From positions 1 to 64,000 of the forward strand of contig JAVRCV020000049.1 in assembly GCA_034530615.2 (NCBI GenBank): a stretch of DNA of 64,000 nucleotides. Reading direction: 5' to 3'. The notes under the pieces were generated by a model. It was not told where the DNA came from, searched no databases, and worked only from the letters and a program-made list of their open reading frames with translations. Shown here in pieces: positions 9,386 to 20,090 of the stretch (the first letter of the stretch is position 1; each line of letters opens with the position of its first letter). Both the position numbers and the translations under genes were made by a program. Origin of the DNA: Aulosira sp. ZfuVER01. Its GTDB lineage: Bacteria; Cyanobacteriota; Cyanobacteriia; Cyanobacteriales; Nostocaceae.

Positions 9386-10243
9386 TTACTTTAAGTAAAA
9401 CAATAATCCAATCCCAGCGATCGCTATGCCTACACCTGCGATCGCTCTGGGACTCACTTTTTCTCCCATACTCATAGCGATGGGAATTACAAACAATGGA
9501 CTAGTCTGCAACAGCGTTGAGGCAATTCCCACAGATGTGAATTTAATTGCTGTTTGTTGTAACCAAATTCCTAAAAAGGTTCCACAAAAGGCAGCAAAGA
9601 AACTTGCTAAAATTACTTGCCTAGATTGCCAGTAAGGAGCGGAAAATGTCATCTGCTGGCGCTGTGAAAAGCATACCCACACCAAAATCGCCAACACTCC
9701 GGCACTTAAGCGCAACAAAGCAGCCCACAAGGGAGAAATACTTGCACTCGCAAATGCTGCGCGGGAGAGGATAGAGCCAATGGCATTTGTGATTGCTGCT
9801 AACAAACCAAAGCCGATTCCTTGCCATAGGTGCGTTAAGTTAACCTCGCTTGTACCAGGGACTCGTTCTGTTACTACCCAGGCGACTCCCAAAATTGTCA
9901 GCAAAATCCCACACCAAGCGCTGACATTGAGCTTTTCTTGCAGAAATATTGTAGCCGCGATCGCTGTCATTGGTGGAGAAAGAGTTCCCAAAAGCAAAAC
10001 CCGTCGCGCCCCCAAGTAATTGATCGCAGCGAGGAAGGCGGTATCACCCCAACCAATACCTACCGCACCACTGAGCAGGAGTAAGCATACAGGCACAACA
10101 GAAAGCTGCGGTAAAAATTCACCAGTAAGCAAAATCGTCAGCAGGAGAAGAGCGATCGCAATTATCCCTTTAATCAAGTTCAGCTGTATTGGCGGAATGC
10201 GTTGCCCTAGAAGGCCATATACCACCGAAGCCATAGCCCACAA
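9386..10243 (-). CDS. EamA/DMT family transporter
   Basis: Two EamA repeats, about 10 TM helices; frame stays open upstream to 10318 (KGEVAALAAAGLW), so the true start is uncertain. Confidence 0.85.
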   Translation of the reverse strand: MWAMASVVYGLLGQRIPPIQLNLIKGIIAIALLLLTILLTGEFLPQLSVVPVCLLLLSGAVGIGWGDTAFLAAINYLGARRVLLLGTLSPPMTAIAATIFLQEKLNVSAWCGILLTILGVAWVVTERVPGTSEVNLTHLWQGIGFGLLAAITNAIGSILSRAAFASASISPLWAALLRLSAGVLAILVWVCFSQRQQMTFSAPYWQSRQVILASFFAAFCGTFLGIWLQQTAIKFTSVGIASTLLQTSPLFVIPIAMSMGEKVSPRAIAGVGIAIAGIGLLFYLK

Positions 10244-10545
10244 ACCAGCAGCAGCTAAAGCCGCAACTTCACCCTTCCCATCTGTAAACGAGATAATTAA
10301 AAAATTATTAAAAATAATCTACACCCATGAAATAATGCCTGAAACTTTTTAATAATACACTACTTTCTTTTCTCAAAATTAGCACTCAAAGGTTGCAAGT
10401 GCTAACTTGTTACTGAACTTTAATACTTATGACATAAGCAAAAATTCTACTTTTTATGGATGCCAGTTAAACAAAAATAAATTCATAATTATTGCCATCA
10501 AAACTAAAACTTGAATATAATTGATTAACAAGTCGGAGGACTGGA

Positions 10546-10893
10546 ATGAAATACACTTTTGACATTGTAGGAGTATCTCCAGTTTTACAGTTTTTTAATC
10601 ATCAACAGCAGAGCATCAAAAAACCACAGGCTAAAGGGGTGGAATACTTAGGAACGCATATTTGTACTTTAGATGCGTTCTTAGAATCTATCGAAACAGT
10701 TCCAGCAAAATGGGGTTGGAACCTGGATCAAGTAGTAGATACTGTAATTCAGTTCTGGTTAAATAATTCCGAAAGTGTTCACTATTGGAAAAGCCGTTTA
10801 AGTGATGCAGGTAGAGATAATTTATTGGTAGCCAGAGTAGCAGATTTCACAGCTTTACAAGCTGAGTTTGAATCTCTACTAGGCGAAAATTAA
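10546..10893 (+). CDS. Conserved cyanobacterial hypothetical protein
   Basis: 115-aa ORF with GGAGG RBS. Confidence 0.7.
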   Translation: MKYTFDIVGVSPVLQFFNHQQQSIKKPQAKGVEYLGTHICTLDAFLESIETVPAKWGWNLDQVVDTVIQFWLNNSESVHYWKSRLSDAGRDNLLVARVADFTALQAEFESLLGEN

Positions 10894-11653
10894 TTAAAGA
10901 TGGTAGTGGCAATTAAATTTGCAATTCTAAATTTAGAAAATAAAGCAGAGGAGCAACTGCCTCAGGAGTAAATACCGTGCATTGTATCCTGACTTGAGCG
11001 TAGACGCTTGTAGGACAGCTTTTCGTAGAGTGCTGGCGTTGCCTTATGGACGAATAACGCACCGAAAATCTCGGATAGTGCTGTACCCTCAGGAATAACA
11101 CAACGCCAGTTGCTACAACATAGGGAACCCGAGGACAGTTGCCTCAACACAGCACTGTCTTTGCAAAGCATTGACTCCCCAATGCCCCATTTTCAAATTA
11201 GGTAGAAGTTTACGCAATTTTTTCTTAAATCAAACCGGATTTATATATATACAGATTGAATAGCTATAAAGCTGATTCATAAAGAATTAGTGTGGCAATT
11301 AACTGCTTAGTAGCTGCTTTTTATACTAGTAAATCTAAAATACTGACTTAATATTTTCTTGCTAAAACTAGATATAAGGCTTAAAATCCTAGTATTTAAG
11401 AGTATTAGACAGACTTTATCCGAACTTTATATATTAATGTATCATTTTTATGAAGTCTTTATAAAAATTTAGGGTAAATACTTAGATAATGAAAATATCT
11501 GCGACAATAAGGTTAACCCTTCCTTCTGATTGCTGGTAAAAGCAAACACAAATAAGGAAGTGAATGTTTACTAACTCCTGAAGTGCTAAAGTTTGCAACT
11601 CATGAGGAAAGTTTGCAGATAGCAAAAATCTAGTAATTCTGGATGAGAAAATC

Positions 11654-12319
11654 ATGAATTTCAAATCAATAGGCTTAGGAATCGCTTTGTCTTGCGGCAC
11701 ATTTGCCGTAGGTAGCACAGTAGGTTTATCACAGGCTCAAGCAGCCACAATAGGAAATGCAGATTTTGCAGGACTTGTAAGTTTTCAGAATAAATCTCAA
11801 GTTAACCCACTTACGGAAACACTCAATTTCAAGAATCCAGGAACAGTTTTGGATGCTAGCGGTATATTTACTGGTGCAACTGAAGTTGTCATAGGAAGTG
11901 GCAACCCTTATAGCCTTTTATTAAACAAAATTTCTGGTTCCGAATCCGGCACATCCGCCTTGTACAAAGTAGCAGACTTCAATTCAGTCCCGACAACATT
12001 CCTAAGTTTTAATAACGGGTTAAAGTTTGAGGTGACTAGCATCTCTAACTTTCTGAGAACGACAAACTTGAACTCGACCACCATTGATGGCTTCTCAATC
12101 GCTGGAAAATTCTACAATGGGAGTGTAAATGCCATAGCCGATGGAGCTATCACTGCACAAGTAAAGAAAGGTGCTTATGGCAGTTATTCCTACAGCATAG
12201 TTGCTACAGATGTTCCTGAACCTTTAACTATCTTAGGTTCAGCAACAGCTTTAGGGTTTGGCACTATGTTGAAGAAGAAATACTCTAAAAAGCAGAGTAA
12301 AGAAAAAGCAATAGCTTAA
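11654..12319 (+). CDS. PEP-CTERM sorting-domain surface protein
   Basis: Signal peptide (AQA) and C-terminal VPEPLTILGSATALGFG followed by a basic tail. Confidence 0.92.
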   Translation: MNFKSIGLGIALSCGTFAVGSTVGLSQAQAATIGNADFAGLVSFQNKSQVNPLTETLNFKNPGTVLDASGIFTGATEVVIGSGNPYSLLLNKISGSESGTSALYKVADFNSVPTTFLSFNNGLKFEVTSISNFLRTTNLNSTTIDGFSIAGKFYNGSVNAIADGAITAQVKKGAYGSYSYSIVATDVPEPLTILGSATALGFGTMLKKKYSKKQSKEKAIA

Positions 12320-12699
12320 TCACCTTTTTCAGAACTTTAATTGAGAGTAATTGAAGTCGGTAAGCTGCTGAAACGCTGGTTGATTCTCTATCATTTCTAC
12401 TTGTTGCATCTAACCAAACAGAATAATATTCTTACTCTTGCAAGAGAGTTTAAGAATGACGGTATGCAATTACTATCTAGTATTAGTACAAAATTTCTCC
12501 AATTTATTATATTGTTATCAGGTTCCTCCAAGCTTTGCCAGCGAATAATTTAATTCTTCACAAATGTGAAATATTGTACTAAACCATCATTCGATAGACG
12601 TTGAAGTACAAGGTGCAATTTCTTTAAACTTATTCACTCCTACCAAAAATTAACTCAAGCCCAGAGGAGTTGAAAAATTAATCTACTCTCATTCTTAGC

Positions 12700-12907
12700 A
12701 ATCGGATTTGATTCGGAGAAAATACTCTTCGAGCGAGAGAACAGGAAAGAAGTATATTTAAGGTGTAATACCATTTCACTTTTCACTTTAAAAATGTTAG
12801 AAATACATGGTAGAGGGTTTAGCAATGCTAAACCCCTACGAAAAATCTATCTGTATCAGAATTTTCGTGAATTAGTATAAGCATTTTTTCAAAAATCAAA
12901 TCTGATT
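12700..12907. repeat. Nested repeat: outer inverted repeat, inner inverted repeat, central GTAG REP-like palindrome
   Basis: AATCGGATTTGATT/AATCAAATCTGATT; ATACCATTTCAC/GTGAATTAGTAT; GTAGAGGGTTTAGCAATGCTAAACCCCTAC at 12810-12839. Confidence 0.65.
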
Positions 12908-13043
12908 TATCTAATAAAAGAAATTAATAATAGTATCCACCTAAATCGAGGCGGATACTATATCTTTTTATTTAATTTCAGGGAGAAATAATATCTACAG
13001 GAACTCCCTGAAGTTTACTAATAATTAATTCACAATCTAATTT

Positions 13044-13316
13044 TTAGACAGCACGACTTCCAGTTAAGAAATTCCACAGGAAAACGGCAATAATTGCGCC
13101 AAGAACCGCAATTATAATACCAGTAATGCTGAGAGTAGGAGCAGTTAATGCCAAAGTTCCCGTAGTAAAGAATACGCCTAAACTACCGCCAATAAAAGCA
13201 CCGATGATTCCCAGCAAAATGGTTCCGAGAAATCCACCACCTTGATGACCTGGATAAATAGCTTTAGCGATCGCACCAGCGATTAAACCTAAAAGAAGCC
13301 AAGCAATAATATTCAT
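13044..13316 (-). CDS. GlsB/YeaQ/YmgE family stress-response membrane protein
   Basis: MNIIAWLLLGLIAGAIAKAIYPG..LGIIGAFIGG pattern, 3 TM helices. Confidence 0.9.
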   Translation of the reverse strand: MNIIAWLLLGLIAGAIAKAIYPGHQGGGFLGTILLGIIGAFIGGSLGVFFTTGTLALTAPTLSITGIIIAVLGAIIAVFLWNFLTGSRAV

Positions 13317-14084
13317 TGTTGTGATTGAGTAACGTTTTTATTTGATAGCTAAAGCTTATCAATTGACTGCTCAATGACGAATCTGCCATTAGCATTATTT
13401 ATGCATATATCCAAGGAGTAATATAAACACTACTCTATCCTTAGATATATGTCTTAAATTAGATGAATAAAAATTTGAAGAAAAAGCTCCTAGTAGGTCT
13501 ACGACTAGGGGCTTATAAAATTATTGCTTGGTAATAGTAGTATATGTATTTATGGTTACGTCTCTCCTCTACTTTAAGAATTAAGCTGTTGTATTTCAAA
13601 AGTATTGTTAACTTGGCGATCGCTAAAATTAAAGTAGGTATTTTTAAGTTAAAAATCTCATCATAATGCTCTTAAGCATTTATAAGACCGTTGCTTATCA
13701 AAACGAGTTTCTACCTTGGGAGAGAGGTTTATTTGTTTTGTCTTCATGAGAATTTAAATTAGTATTTTACATTACTTTAGCATTTAATGTACTTCAGTTA
13801 AGTAAGTCGGCGCACCTGAGGAAAACAAGCTACAGACTTTGCATTGTGTTATCGATAGTTAGTAAGAGATTCAAGTGTGTTTGCATTTTGCAACTTAGTT
13901 CTATTGATTATCAACGACTTACTGAAAATCAACTCAAATCATTAATTATCAAGCTTTTTATCTAATTTAAGCAGCAGATGGTAATTTAACTTGAATTTGA
14001 TTTAGCATTAAATCTTTATTACTTTAAACCTGTAGTGTTTAGCATTGTCAACGTTAACTAAAAAAAATGTTCAAGGAGCAAAAA

Positions 14085-14558
14085 ATGGCTATAAATCAAG
14101 CACAAAATATTCTTTCTTTGATTGAAGCAGAGCATCGTCAAGTTGAAAAATTGTTTGCAGAGATTGAAAAAGCTGATTCCAATGAACTATATGAATGCTT
14201 TAACGAAATATATAAAGCATTGACATTACACGCCAAGTCGGAAGAACTAGTATTCTATCCAGCAATGCGAGAGTATGAGGAGACTGAACAATATATTGAA
14301 GAAGCTGAAGCCGAACATGAAGAGGCGAAAATTCTGCTAGAGGAAATTAAATCGCTGAAACCGACAGATTCAGAGTTTAAAACAAAAATTAATTCACTAA
14401 AAAAAGCAGTTCAACATCATGTGAAAGAGGAAGAAATCGAAATTTTTTCAGCTATATCTGAGTGTATGAGCGAACAGCAACTCAGCGAACTGGGTAAGGA
14501 ATTTCAAAAAACCAAAGCTAAATTAGAGGAAGAAGTAAAAACAGCTATGACAACATAA
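14085..14558 (+). CDS. Hemerythrin (HHE cation-binding) domain protein
   Basis: EH..VEKLF, H..SEELVFYP, EH, HHVKEEE motifs; AAGGAG RBS. Confidence 0.9.
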   Translation: MAINQAQNILSLIEAEHRQVEKLFAEIEKADSNELYECFNEIYKALTLHAKSEELVFYPAMREYEETEQYIEEAEAEHEEAKILLEEIKSLKPTDSEFKTKINSLKKAVQHHVKEEEIEIFSAISECMSEQQLSELGKEFQKTKAKLEEEVKTAMTT

Positions 14559-14640
14559 CAGGATTCTTAAAAATAACTTGTCGCTCGGATGATTAATCTT
14601 GAAGCATTTACGCAAAAGCTAAAGCTCTAATTTATGAAAT

Positions 14641-14685
14641 TTAGGGAAATTTTTGATATTATTTAGATATCAAAAATCTCCCTAA
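14641..14685. terminator. Long hairpin between convergent genes, probable bidirectional terminator
   Basis: TTAGGGAAATTTTTGATAT / ATATCAAAAATCTCCCTAA. Confidence 0.55.
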
Positions 14686-14764
14686 ATATTTGTAAATTGG
14701 CAATCAGCTACATCAACTAGATTTAGTGGTATTTTTAGGATTTGCCATAATTTAGATGTTCATT

Positions 14765-15472
14765 TTATTGAGTAGATAATACTTCAGGACTGCTAACTGC
14801 AGATTTTTCTAAAATTACTGTCTTGGCTTCCAGGGTATGAGGACTCTTGAATGCAAGTTGCGCATTAGATTCTTGACAAGCAACCATAGTCTTCACGTGC
14901 TCCATCTCATCATCTCTGATTGCTACAAACACATCATAGAGATTGTCAATTACAGGGCGGCGTTCGGCTGGAGCATGAGCTGTTTGAAATTCATCAAACA
15001 TATAAAGGTCTCCCTCACGGTAGTAACCTATTGCTACCGCAGGTGCAGCTTGTGTCTTCAACTCGGCCTCATGGGCTGTGAGGAATTTGTGATAGCTGCT
15101 GTAAGCGTGGTTTTCCACCAATTCCATAAAGTAATAGGCAGAACGAGGTGAAACTATATACAATGCCACAATTATCCAGTAGTAAATCAGTGCAGTTGTT
15201 TTTGCTAAAAAGCGATCGCCCCAAAACGCTGAACCTCCCAAAAATTCCATAATCAATAAGTGATGTAATTCATTCCAAGATTCTGCAAAGTGAACCTTGA
15301 GCCAATCGGATTTCCGCCAAAGACCTAGAGTTTCATAGAGGTGTAAAACTGAGAGGTAAGAAAAGTAAGGTACTCGCGCAACAGTTTCCAATACATAGAA
15401 GCGAGGATAAGGGCGATCGCGGTAAATTGTATTGATGACAAAGACTAGAACCCCGACAAGTATGCGAATCAT
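14765..15472 (-). CDS. ptox: Plastoquinol terminal oxidase (PTOX, alternative oxidase family)
   Basis: RFYVLETVARVPYF, ESWNELHHL, VENHA and RDDEMEH di-iron motifs. Confidence 0.93.
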   Translation of the reverse strand: MIRILVGVLVFVINTIYRDRPYPRFYVLETVARVPYFSYLSVLHLYETLGLWRKSDWLKVHFAESWNELHHLLIMEFLGGSAFWGDRFLAKTTALIYYWIIVALYIVSPRSAYYFMELVENHAYSSYHKFLTAHEAELKTQAAPAVAIGYYREGDLYMFDEFQTAHAPAERRPVIDNLYDVFVAIRDDEMEHVKTMVACQESNAQLAFKSPHTLEAKTVILEKSAVSSPEVLSTQ

Positions 15473-15872
15473 AGCAACTCTCCATAAATTATGGTTGTCA
15501 TGTGAATTAAGCTGAAATCAAGGAGATTCGTACATCCGTGGCTTCGGCGCATCACTTTATACGCTGTTATAAAGGTAAAAGTTGAGGATCTTGTGAGGAA
15601 TACTGGTAATGTCAGCAAAAATAAATACGCTAAGTGTTTAGTATTTGGAAGCTATGTTACTGTCCATTAAAAATATCTTCATCTTTCTTAAGATATTGCT
15701 TGGCTATGACTGTGGGTATTCTCAGCAGGAATTCGCGACAAACTATTTCTCACTGTTATGAGCCTTCAGAGACTAGAATTTTGATTAAAGCTAAGTTATT
15801 GACTCCACAATTTGCTAAACTCCAACTTCTGGAGAGCAAATAGAGCATTGGGAATGCGGAGGGGTTCGCAAA

Positions 15873-17105
15873 GTGGCTCAAGAGGAACGTGCAGGAAACA
15901 TAGAACAGATCGATCCAAAGGACTTTTCATGGTTCTTTTGGTTTACATTGCCACTCTACCCATACGGCAGAAGGCAAACAATCCGCAAAGAAGTAGTTAA
16001 GGACACAGTCTGGACTTTTGACCAAATGCAGGGCATCTTCTATGTTGTTGTGCCCATTCGGATGACCGTTGTCACACTAGATGCAGGGGGTCTGCTGGTT
16101 TACGCTCCTGTTGCACCAACCCAAGAGTGTATTCAGTTAGTCAATGAGTTGGTTGGAGAACACGGTGAAGTCAAATACATTATTCTGCCAACTATCTCAG
16201 GGCTAGAACATAAAGTTTTCGTTGGCCCCTTTGCCAGATATTTTCCTCAAGCACAGGTTTATGTTGCTCCTAGCCAGTGGAGTTTTCCATTGAATCTGCC
16301 ACTTAGCTGGCTGGGTTTACCTGCTAAAAGAACTAAAATACTTCCAGAAGATAGCAAGAGAACACCGTTTGCTGATGAGTTTGACTATGCAATCCTCGGC
16401 CCCATCGACTTAGGCCCGGGGAAATTTGCAGAAGTGGCATTCTTCCACAAGCAATCGCATACATTATTAGTCACAGACTCAGTAATTTCTGTACCAGAAG
16501 AACCGCCTGCGATCGTTCAATTAGATCCATATCCTTTACTATTCCATGCCAAGGAGAATGCTTGCGAAATCATTGCAGACAACCAGGCAAACCGCCGTAA
16601 AGGATGGCAACGTATCGCCCTATTTGCTTTCTACTTTCAGCCAAGCGTGCTGGAGGTGATTGGATTAGCTCAAGTATTGCGGGATGCTATGAAAGCACCA
16701 GAACGCTCGAAAAAAGCTTATTTTGGATTGTACCCCTTCAAATGGCAACCAGATTGGCAGCGATCGTTTGATGCTCTCCGCGGTGATGGACGTTTATTTG
16801 TAGCGCCCATATTACAGACTCTCATTCTCAACCGCGCACCAAAGGAAACCATCGATTGGGCTAATCAAATAGCCAGTTGGGACTTTCAGTGGATTATTCC
16901 TTGTCACTTTGACTCACCAATCAAAGCTGAACCATATCAGTTTCGCCAAGCATTTTCTTTTTTAGAACAGCAACCAGCTGTGAGTGCAGGCTTATTTAAC
17001 AGTAGTGCCTATCCTTTACCACCAGAAGATTTCAAAGTCCTCAAAGAAATCGATCGAAGCTTAAACAAGTTTGGGATTGTACCGCCAGCTAAGGGTAAGG
17101 TGTAA
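15873..17105 (+). CDS. DUF4336 domain protein (metallo-beta-lactamase-like fold)
   Basis: PLYPYGRRQT, PIRMTVV, SGLEHK, IIPCHF. Confidence 0.85.
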   Translation: MAQEERAGNIEQIDPKDFSWFFWFTLPLYPYGRRQTIRKEVVKDTVWTFDQMQGIFYVVVPIRMTVVTLDAGGLLVYAPVAPTQECIQLVNELVGEHGEVKYIILPTISGLEHKVFVGPFARYFPQAQVYVAPSQWSFPLNLPLSWLGLPAKRTKILPEDSKRTPFADEFDYAILGPIDLGPGKFAEVAFFHKQSHTLLVTDSVISVPEEPPAIVQLDPYPLLFHAKENACEIIADNQANRRKGWQRIALFAFYFQPSVLEVIGLAQVLRDAMKAPERSKKAYFGLYPFKWQPDWQRSFDALRGDGRLFVAPILQTLILNRAPKETIDWANQIASWDFQWIIPCHFDSPIKAEPYQFRQAFSFLEQQPAVSAGLFNSSAYPLPPEDFKVLKEIDRSLNKFGIVPPAKGKV

Positions 17106-17251
17106 TGATAGACTCTTCAATATAAAAATTTTTCTTACAATTAGCTATCTAAGTGTGAGAATTTTTCATCTAACCGCAGTCTAACGAAACAATAACTCAG
17201 ATATTGCCTATATCTGCCCACCCATCCTTTGCTAACACCGAAGAAGTAAAT

Positions 17252-18427
17252 ATGGTAAAAGTTAATGCCTATCCAGTGACATCTACCGCAGATTTATTTC
17301 AGCGTGTCGCTGTCCTAGCTGCTGACTTTTCTACTCGCGCTGCATCTCACGATCGCAATGGTTCTTTCCCCTTTGAGAACTTTGCTGCCCTCCAGCAAGC
17401 GCAACTATTAAATCTCACTATTCCTCAAGAGTTTGGTGGTCAAGGTTTAGGATATGCTGCTGTCAGTCGAGTTATTGAAACCATAGCTAGTGGAGATGCT
17501 GCTACTGCCTTAGTATTGACGATGCACTATCTCCAACACGTTAATGCTGCCCGTACACGTCGCTGGAATCCGGCGATTTACGAACGGTTGTGTCGTGAAT
17601 CGGTAGAAGGTATTGCCCTGTTGAATGCTGCCCGTGTGGAACCAGAATTAGGTACGCCAGCCAGAGGCGGACTACCTGCAACCACTGCCCAATATACTGC
17701 TAAAGGTTGGCTGTTGAATGGTCGTAAAATCTACACTACAGGTAGCCCAATTTTGCGTTACTTCATTGTTTGGGCGCGAACCACAGAAGCCGAACCGCGA
17801 GTGGGTAATTTTCTTGTACCTCGTAATCTTCCTGGTGTCTGCATTGACGAAACTTGGGATCATTTGGGAATGCGAGCAACTGGTAGCCACGATTTAATTT
17901 TAGAAAATGTCTTAATTCCTTGGGAGTATGCTTTGGATGTTCGCCCATTAACAGCTTTCTCATCTGCCGATCCGCTGCAATTAGCTGGCAATAGCCTCTG
18001 GTTGAGTGCATTGTATCAAGGTGTAGCCAAAGCGGCGCGAGATTGGCTAGTGAGTTATTTAAATGAGCGATCGCCTACTAATTTAGGAGCTAGTTTAGCA
18101 ACTTTACCCCGGTTTCAAACAGCTATAGGTGAAATCGAAGCTTTAATATATGCAAGCGATCGTCTAATCTACAGTTTAGCCAACGATATCGATCGCGCTG
18201 AGTATGACAGCAACGTGGGTTTAGAAGCGCAAACAGTGAAATATCTCACCACAAGTAACGCCATTCGCGCCATTGAAAAAGGGCTAGAACTTATTGGTAA
18301 TCCTGGTTTATCACGCCATAATCCTTTAGAAAGACACTATCGTGATGTTCTTTGTAGCCGCATCCATACCCCACAAAATGATGCAATTTGCTTGTCTTTA
18401 GGAAAACAAGCCTTGAGTTTAAATTAA
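17252..18427 (+). CDS. Acyl-CoA dehydrogenase family flavoprotein
   Basis: HDRNGSFP, LNGRKIYTTGS, WDHLGMRATGSH, LERHYRD. Confidence 0.88.
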   Translation: MVKVNAYPVTSTADLFQRVAVLAADFSTRAASHDRNGSFPFENFAALQQAQLLNLTIPQEFGGQGLGYAAVSRVIETIASGDAATALVLTMHYLQHVNAARTRRWNPAIYERLCRESVEGIALLNAARVEPELGTPARGGLPATTAQYTAKGWLLNGRKIYTTGSPILRYFIVWARTTEAEPRVGNFLVPRNLPGVCIDETWDHLGMRATGSHDLILENVLIPWEYALDVRPLTAFSSADPLQLAGNSLWLSALYQGVAKAARDWLVSYLNERSPTNLGASLATLPRFQTAIGEIEALIYASDRLIYSLANDIDRAEYDSNVGLEAQTVKYLTTSNAIRAIEKGLELIGNPGLSRHNPLERHYRDVLCSRIHTPQNDAICLSLGKQALSLN

Positions 18428-18430
18428 ACG

Positions 18431-19111
18431 CTATTTAGCAGTGGCTACTGGCTTTATATAGAAATTAAAGGTATGCCTCATTGCGGTTTCGGGTGTGAGA
18501 TACTGTGCAGTAGATAAAGGCGGGAAAAAATATGAATCAAATTTTTGCAAATTCCCACACTCTTCAAGAACCGGAAAAGGTTTAGCGTCTGGAATATCAT
18601 TCCAGCCAAATACTAAAATACCCTCTTCACGTAAGTATTGAAAACACTGCTGAAATGATGTTTCTGTATCCTCCTTAGTATTCACTCCCCATCCAAAAAC
18701 TCCATTGAAAATAATCAAATCGAAATAGTTATTTTCAACATATTTACCAAGATTTTGGATGCCATCATTAATATGATTTTTAGCACCATATTTACTTTGC
18801 TCTTTATCGATTTCGATTGTCCAATATTCTTTGCCTTTAAAGTACGTTTGATAATGTTTTGTGTACCAATCGCAACCTACAAAGAGAATTTTTTTAAACT
18901 CACTTCGAGATGCAAAATAAGGTAGAATTATATCCTCCATGACAATGCGATCGGGAAAATTATATCTTAACTGTCGAACTAATCCAGGCAACCATGTTTT
19001 TACGAGAATATAAACCCAATGTTGAATTTCTTTAAAGCTTTTATAAAAAATCGAGTTTGAATTCATAGCTATTGAGCTAAACCAAGATTTTGTTTGATTT
19101 GTCATTTTCAT
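18431..19111 (-). CDS. Class I SAM-dependent methyltransferase
   Basis: ILFVGC, FDLIIFNGVFGWG, LREEGILVFG. Confidence 0.75.
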   Translation of the reverse strand: MKMTNQTKSWFSSIAMNSNSIFYKSFKEIQHWVYILVKTWLPGLVRQLRYNFPDRIVMEDIILPYFASRSEFKKILFVGCDWYTKHYQTYFKGKEYWTIEIDKEQSKYGAKNHINDGIQNLGKYVENNYFDLIIFNGVFGWGVNTKEDTETSFQQCFQYLREEGILVFGWNDIPDAKPFPVLEECGNLQKFDSYFFPPLSTAQYLTPETAMRHTFNFYIKPVATAK

Positions 19112-19233
19112 AATCTACTCTCTATCTTGTAATTGGGACAAAGAAAAAAATGCATCAATATTCGTGGAAGATTTGACTTAATAAATTATTTTCTCAATAG
19201 TAAAAACAATACATCAGTTTAAACGTGGACTAA

Positions 19234-20028
19234 TTATTTAGATTTAAAAAAGATTTCATGTGAGCCTAGAAATTGCTGAATAAAGCCATTATTGAGAGTA
19301 TGAAGTTGAGAACGATATGAGGAAATTGCCTTGCTTTTCTTCTCTTGTGTTGCTGAAATTGAAATAAAGTAGGCCGCTGCTAGATCCTGCAAATTCAGCA
19401 TAATGAATATTGGTGCTTTCCAGAATAACCAAATTGGATACTGAAGAATTTCTACGATAATTTCCGATTTCTTAATTGCTTCTTTAACTAATTCATAAGT
19501 TGCTTCATGATCTCTATGGCAATCTTTGCAGTGAGGTACATATACTTCTTCTGGTTGATAAGTTTTTAATAGTTCACCTATACGTTCAATTGTTGGTTGT
19601 CTCTCGTGAGGTGCTAAGTCAGATAACTGCCCATCTGCCCGATCTAAAAAGTAAATTTTTGATGGCTCAACTCCTAAAATTGTTAATGCTTTGACTGCCT
19701 CTTCTTTGCGAATTGTGACAAGTTTATTTTGAGAGTTGTTACCTGAACTACCTGATAACTGTCCATCTGTCAGAAAAACTACGGTTACTGACACACCATG
19801 TTCTCGTTTGAGAGCAATCATTCCACCACAGCCAAAAGTTTCATCATCTTGATGAGGAGAAAATACCATCACTGATTTCTGGTTAAATGCTAGTAATTTA
19901 CTTCTATTATTTAAAATCCACTGAATTACTACACTTGATTGCATATATTGCATCTGCTCAATCCATGACTTAGGAAATATTTTTTTAATTATTTTTTTTG
20001 ATTTATATAAATGAGTTTTGATATCCAT
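19234..20028 (-). CDS. PIG-L/LmbE family de-N-acetylase
   Basis: SPHQDDETFGCGG, RKEEA, HRDH, YRSQ. Confidence 0.9.
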   Translation of the reverse strand: MDIKTHLYKSKKIIKKIFPKSWIEQMQYMQSSVVIQWILNNRSKLLAFNQKSVMVFSPHQDDETFGCGGMIALKREHGVSVTVVFLTDGQLSGSSGNNSQNKLVTIRKEEAVKALTILGVEPSKIYFLDRADGQLSDLAPHERQPTIERIGELLKTYQPEEVYVPHCKDCHRDHEATYELVKEAIKKSEIIVEILQYPIWLFWKAPIFIMLNLQDLAAAYFISISATQEKKSKAISSYRSQLHTLNNGFIQQFLGSHEIFFKSK

Positions 20029-20090
20029 AATGATGGCTCCAGTTAATTACAATTAGTAGTGAAATATCGAGAATTACAAAACACATTTTA

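Noticed and set aside
10913..11171. Two short minus-strand ORFs or a possible ncRNA
   Set aside because: Looks like degenerate dispersed-repeat sequence; no recognisable protein or RNA family
13801..13924. Possible MITE with AGTAAGTCG/CGACTTACT ends
   Set aside because: Only a 9-bp inverted match and no clear second copy in the window
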